A stretch of 32,000 nt of DNA from Mycolicibacterium smegmatis. Lineage in GTDB: Bacteria; Actinomycetota; Actinomycetes; Mycobacteriales; Mycobacteriaceae. The position numbers and the translations under genes are program-made. The first letter of the stretch is position 1, and each line of letters opens with the position of its first letter. Positions 29,999 through 32,000 of the stretch are shown in pieces. The stretch lies in contig NZ_LN831039.1 of assembly GCF_001457595.1 (NCBI RefSeq), positions 30,001 to 62,000 of the forward strand, in the 5' to 3' direction. The notes beneath the pieces were generated by a model. That model was not told the origin of the DNA. It worked only from the letters and a program-made list of their open reading frames with translations, and made no database searches.

Positions 29999-30263
29999 AT
30001 GACGACATTCGACTACATCGTCGTCGGCGCGGGCTCGGCACGCCGGCCTGGACCAGGGCTACTGCGGCTACCACGCCGTCGGCACCGCGGCCATGGGTCC
30101 CGATGACGACGACGTGCTCGATACACGGCTGCGGGTGCGTGGTGTGGAAGGCCTTCGCGTGGTGGACTGTTCGGCGATGCCGACCATGGTGTCGGGAAAC
30201 CTGAACGGCCCCATGATGGCGATGGCGTGGCGAGCCGCCGACCTGATCCTGCAGGACCGCTGA
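29999..30263 (+). pseudogene. GMC-family FAD oxidoreductase remnant with large internal deletion and frameshift
   Basis: N-terminal MTTFDYIVVGAGSA is followed within about 15 nt, in another frame, by C-terminal GYCGYHAVGTAAMGPDDDDVLDTRLRVRGVEGLRVVDCSAMPTMVSGNLNGPMMAMAWRAADLILQDR*. Confidence 0.88.
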
Positions 30264-30269
30264 GCCCGT

Positions 30270-30644
30270 CTACGCCACGAGCAACAGCACCGCCGTCACC
30301 ACCATGACCACCGCCGTCGCGAAGTGCACACCCCACGCAGCGGCCTTCGAGCCGCCGTTGGTGAGCACGATCGCGGTGTCGGCAAGCGGAATGACCGTGG
30401 CGGCCAACAGCACCCAGCCGAGCAGATGGGTCGCCCCGGCGATCATGAGGACGATGACGATCAGGCCCGAGGCGATGTCGCGGACACCCTTGACGCTCAG
30501 GTAGGCGCCGGTGGACCGCTGCGCGAGGTCGGGGACCACGCCGTAGCCGGCGGCCGCGACTCGCGGCGCGACGAGGAACCGCGCTCCGACGACGATGATG
30601 GCTGCGGCGATGAGCCCGGACAGTATGTAGGCGGCAGTGGTCAT
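30270..30644 (-). CDS. Small four-TM membrane protein, DUF4267-like
   Basis: 124 aa; MTTAAYILSGLIAAAIIVVGARFLVAPRVAAAGYG...GLIVIVLMIAGATHLLGWVLLAATVIPLADTAIVL. Confidence 0.75.
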   Translation of the reverse strand: MTTAAYILSGLIAAAIIVVGARFLVAPRVAAAGYGVVPDLAQRSTGAYLSVKGVRDIASGLIVIVLMIAGATHLLGWVLLAATVIPLADTAIVLTNGGSKAAAWGVHFATAVVMVVTAVLLLVA

Positions 30645-30655
30645 GGCAGTTCCTG

Positions 30656-30961
30656 TCAGTGGATGGGAGAGCAGGCGGTCGGGTCCAGCGGGATGGCCTG
30701 GACGTCGAGAATCTCGGTGACGTCGAAACCGTCCATGTCACACGCGAATTCGCGGCTGGACATGACGCGGTGGGTCAGCTCGTCGGGGTCGGCGGGGTAG
30801 TGGATCAGAGCGACCAGGCGGTTCGCGTCCCGATCGGTCCACACGCCGTGTGTGGTGATCCCGAACGTGGCGAACGTGTCGACGTGGCGCGCCCAGTGCA
30901 CGGTCGCGTACTGATGCAGCGCCGCAGGGGAGCGCAGCGTGTAGATCCTGAGCTGGAACAT
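30656..30961 (-). CDS. NIPSNAP-like / dimeric alpha-beta barrel small protein
   Basis: 101 aa from ATG 30961; MFQLRIYTLRSPAALHQYATVHWARHVDTFATFGITTHGVWTD...LVALIHYPADPDEL. Confidence 0.7.
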   Translation of the reverse strand: MFQLRIYTLRSPAALHQYATVHWARHVDTFATFGITTHGVWTDRDANRLVALIHYPADPDELTHRVMSSREFACDMDGFDVTEILDVQAIPLDPTACSPIH

Positions 30962-30962
30962 C

Positions 30963-31439
30963 TCAGACCGCCAGCACCACGCACAGCGCGGCCACGGCCA
31001 CACCTTGCAGTACCGCGCGGGCGCCGATGACATGATCCCACTTCTCCTGCAGCGCACGGCCGTTCGACAAGGCCATGCCCGCATCGGCGGCGGCGGTGAG
31101 TTGCCGGTTGACCGGCGCGCTCACCCGCAGGTAGAGCGCAAGCCAGACCAGTAACAGCGCCAGGGCGGTCACCGCCGCGAACACCTGCGCCCAGTGCGCA
31201 GTCACCGCGGCCAACGCCACGCACGCCGCCGAGGCCACGATCCCGATCACCCCGGGCACGGGCATGCGGTGGTCACCGAACCGGTGCACGTGCCCCATCA
31301 CGCTCACCAATGCGCCGTCGTCGACCGACGCCAGCGCCGGGCGCAGCACGGCCGCGCAGAAGACATCGGTGCCGTACACCACCGCGGTGCCGAGCACCGC
31401 CAGTACAGCGGAGGCCTGGATGAGCAGGTCAAGGTTCAT
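30963..31439 (-). CDS. Four-TM membrane protein, DUF1772-like
   Basis: 158 aa from ATG 31439; MNLDLLIQASAVLAVLGTAVVYGTDVFCAAVLRPALA..., hydrophobic segments throughout. Confidence 0.65.
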   Translation of the reverse strand: MNLDLLIQASAVLAVLGTAVVYGTDVFCAAVLRPALASVDDGALVSVMGHVHRFGDHRMPVPGVIGIVASAACVALAAVTAHWAQVFAAVTALALLLVWLALYLRVSAPVNRQLTAAADAGMALSNGRALQEKWDHVIGARAVLQGVAVAALCVVLAV

Positions 31440-31475
31440 GCTAGCGACGCTAACCCTGAAAGCGGACCGCGTCAA

Positions 31476-31504
31476 TAGCAGCGCTAGCGCATATAGCGCT
31501 GCTA
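31476..31504. promoter_or_regulatory. Palindromic operator candidate for the divergent TetR regulator
   Basis: TAGCAGCGCTA-gcgcata-TAGCGCTGCTA; perfect 11-bp arms with 7-bp spacer, 10 bp upstream of the TetR ATG. Confidence 0.8.
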
Positions 31505-31514
31505 CCATCGGGCC

Positions 31515-32000
31515 ATGTCCATCGAAGAGCGTCGGGAGCGCGAGCGTGCTGCCCGCCGGGAGCTGATCATCTCCACGGCACGACGACTGGCCGAGGCGGA
31601 AGGTTGGCAGGCCGTGACGACGCGACGGCTGTCCGCCGAGATCGAGTACAGCCAGCCGGTGCTGTACAAGCACTTCGCCGGTATGGAGGAACTCGCCGAT
31701 GCGGTGGCCCTCGACGGTTTCGGCGAGCTCGCCGAAGCGATGCGACAGGCCCGCAGAGGCGACGACCACCCGGACCATGCAGTCACCCGAATCGCGCAGG
31801 CCTATCTCGATTTCGCGCGCGCTAACCCGGCCGTCTACGACGCGATGTTCGCGCGCACGACAAATCTGCGCTTCGCCGCCGACGACACTCCGTCACCGCT
31901 CACCGAGGCCTTCGCGCAGTTGCGTGACGCCGTGGGCCGAAACGAAGACGCCGATACACTCACCGAGGTGCTGTGGGCCGCGCTGCACGGCCTGGTGATG
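31515..32000 (+). CDS. TetR/AcrR family transcriptional regulator, truncated at the right edge
   Basis: MSIEERRERERAARRELIISTARRLAEAEGWQAVTTRRLSAEIEYSQPVLYKHFAGMEELADAVAL. The frame is open to the window end, which may be why it is absent from the ORF track. Confidence 0.93.
   Translation, partial: MSIEERRERERAARRELIISTARRLAEAEGWQAVTTRRLSAEIEYSQPVLYKHFAGMEELADAVALDGFGELAEAMRQARRGDDHPDHAVTRIAQAYLDFARANPAVYDAMFARTTNLRFAADDTPSPLTEAFAQLRDAVGRNEDADTLTEVLWAALHGLVM

Noticed and set aside
29759-30263. tRNA-associated integrated element next to tRNA-Leu
   Set aside because: I found no integrase, no repeat of the tRNA 3' end and no phage-like genes in the following 2 kb. The GMC remnant alone does not support an element.

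Overview
This window is about 32 kb of high-GC actinobacterial chromosome. Gene content and order match the origin-proximal region of a fast-growing Mycobacterium, most likely M. smegmatis; this identification comes from recalled family and synteny knowledge, not a search. It has three parts. (1) 1-16300 is the end of a hydroxamate siderophore (exochelin-type) locus: the 3' part of a very large NRPS (FxbC-like), a lipoprotein iron-siderophore binding protein, a second-type aspartate 1-decarboxylase (PanD), and an L-ornithine N5-monooxygenase, with two IdeR/iron-box-like sequences in the divergent promoter region. (2) 16304-29489 is the conserved cell-envelope/division block: cwsA, ppiA, a PH-domain membrane protein, crgA, a DUF881 protein, trpG/pabA, pknB, pknA, pbpA, rodA, pstP, fhaB, fhaA. 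(3) 29759-32000 holds tRNA-Leu(CAG), a terminator, a gutted GMC oxidoreductase pseudogene, three small minus-strand genes and a divergent TetR regulator with a perfect 11-bp inverted-repeat operator candidate. The most interesting points are: a PanD paralog embedded in the siderophore locus, where it can supply the beta-alanine of exochelin; an intact, EntF-like terminal NRPS module that looks supernumerary for the known pentapeptide; a condensation domain whose second HHxxxDG histidine is Phe; 11-bp-phased CAGGAA repeats between the iron boxes; DnaA-box-like sites near 17.9 kb; and the TetR operator. I saw no CRISPR array, phage or insertion sequence.
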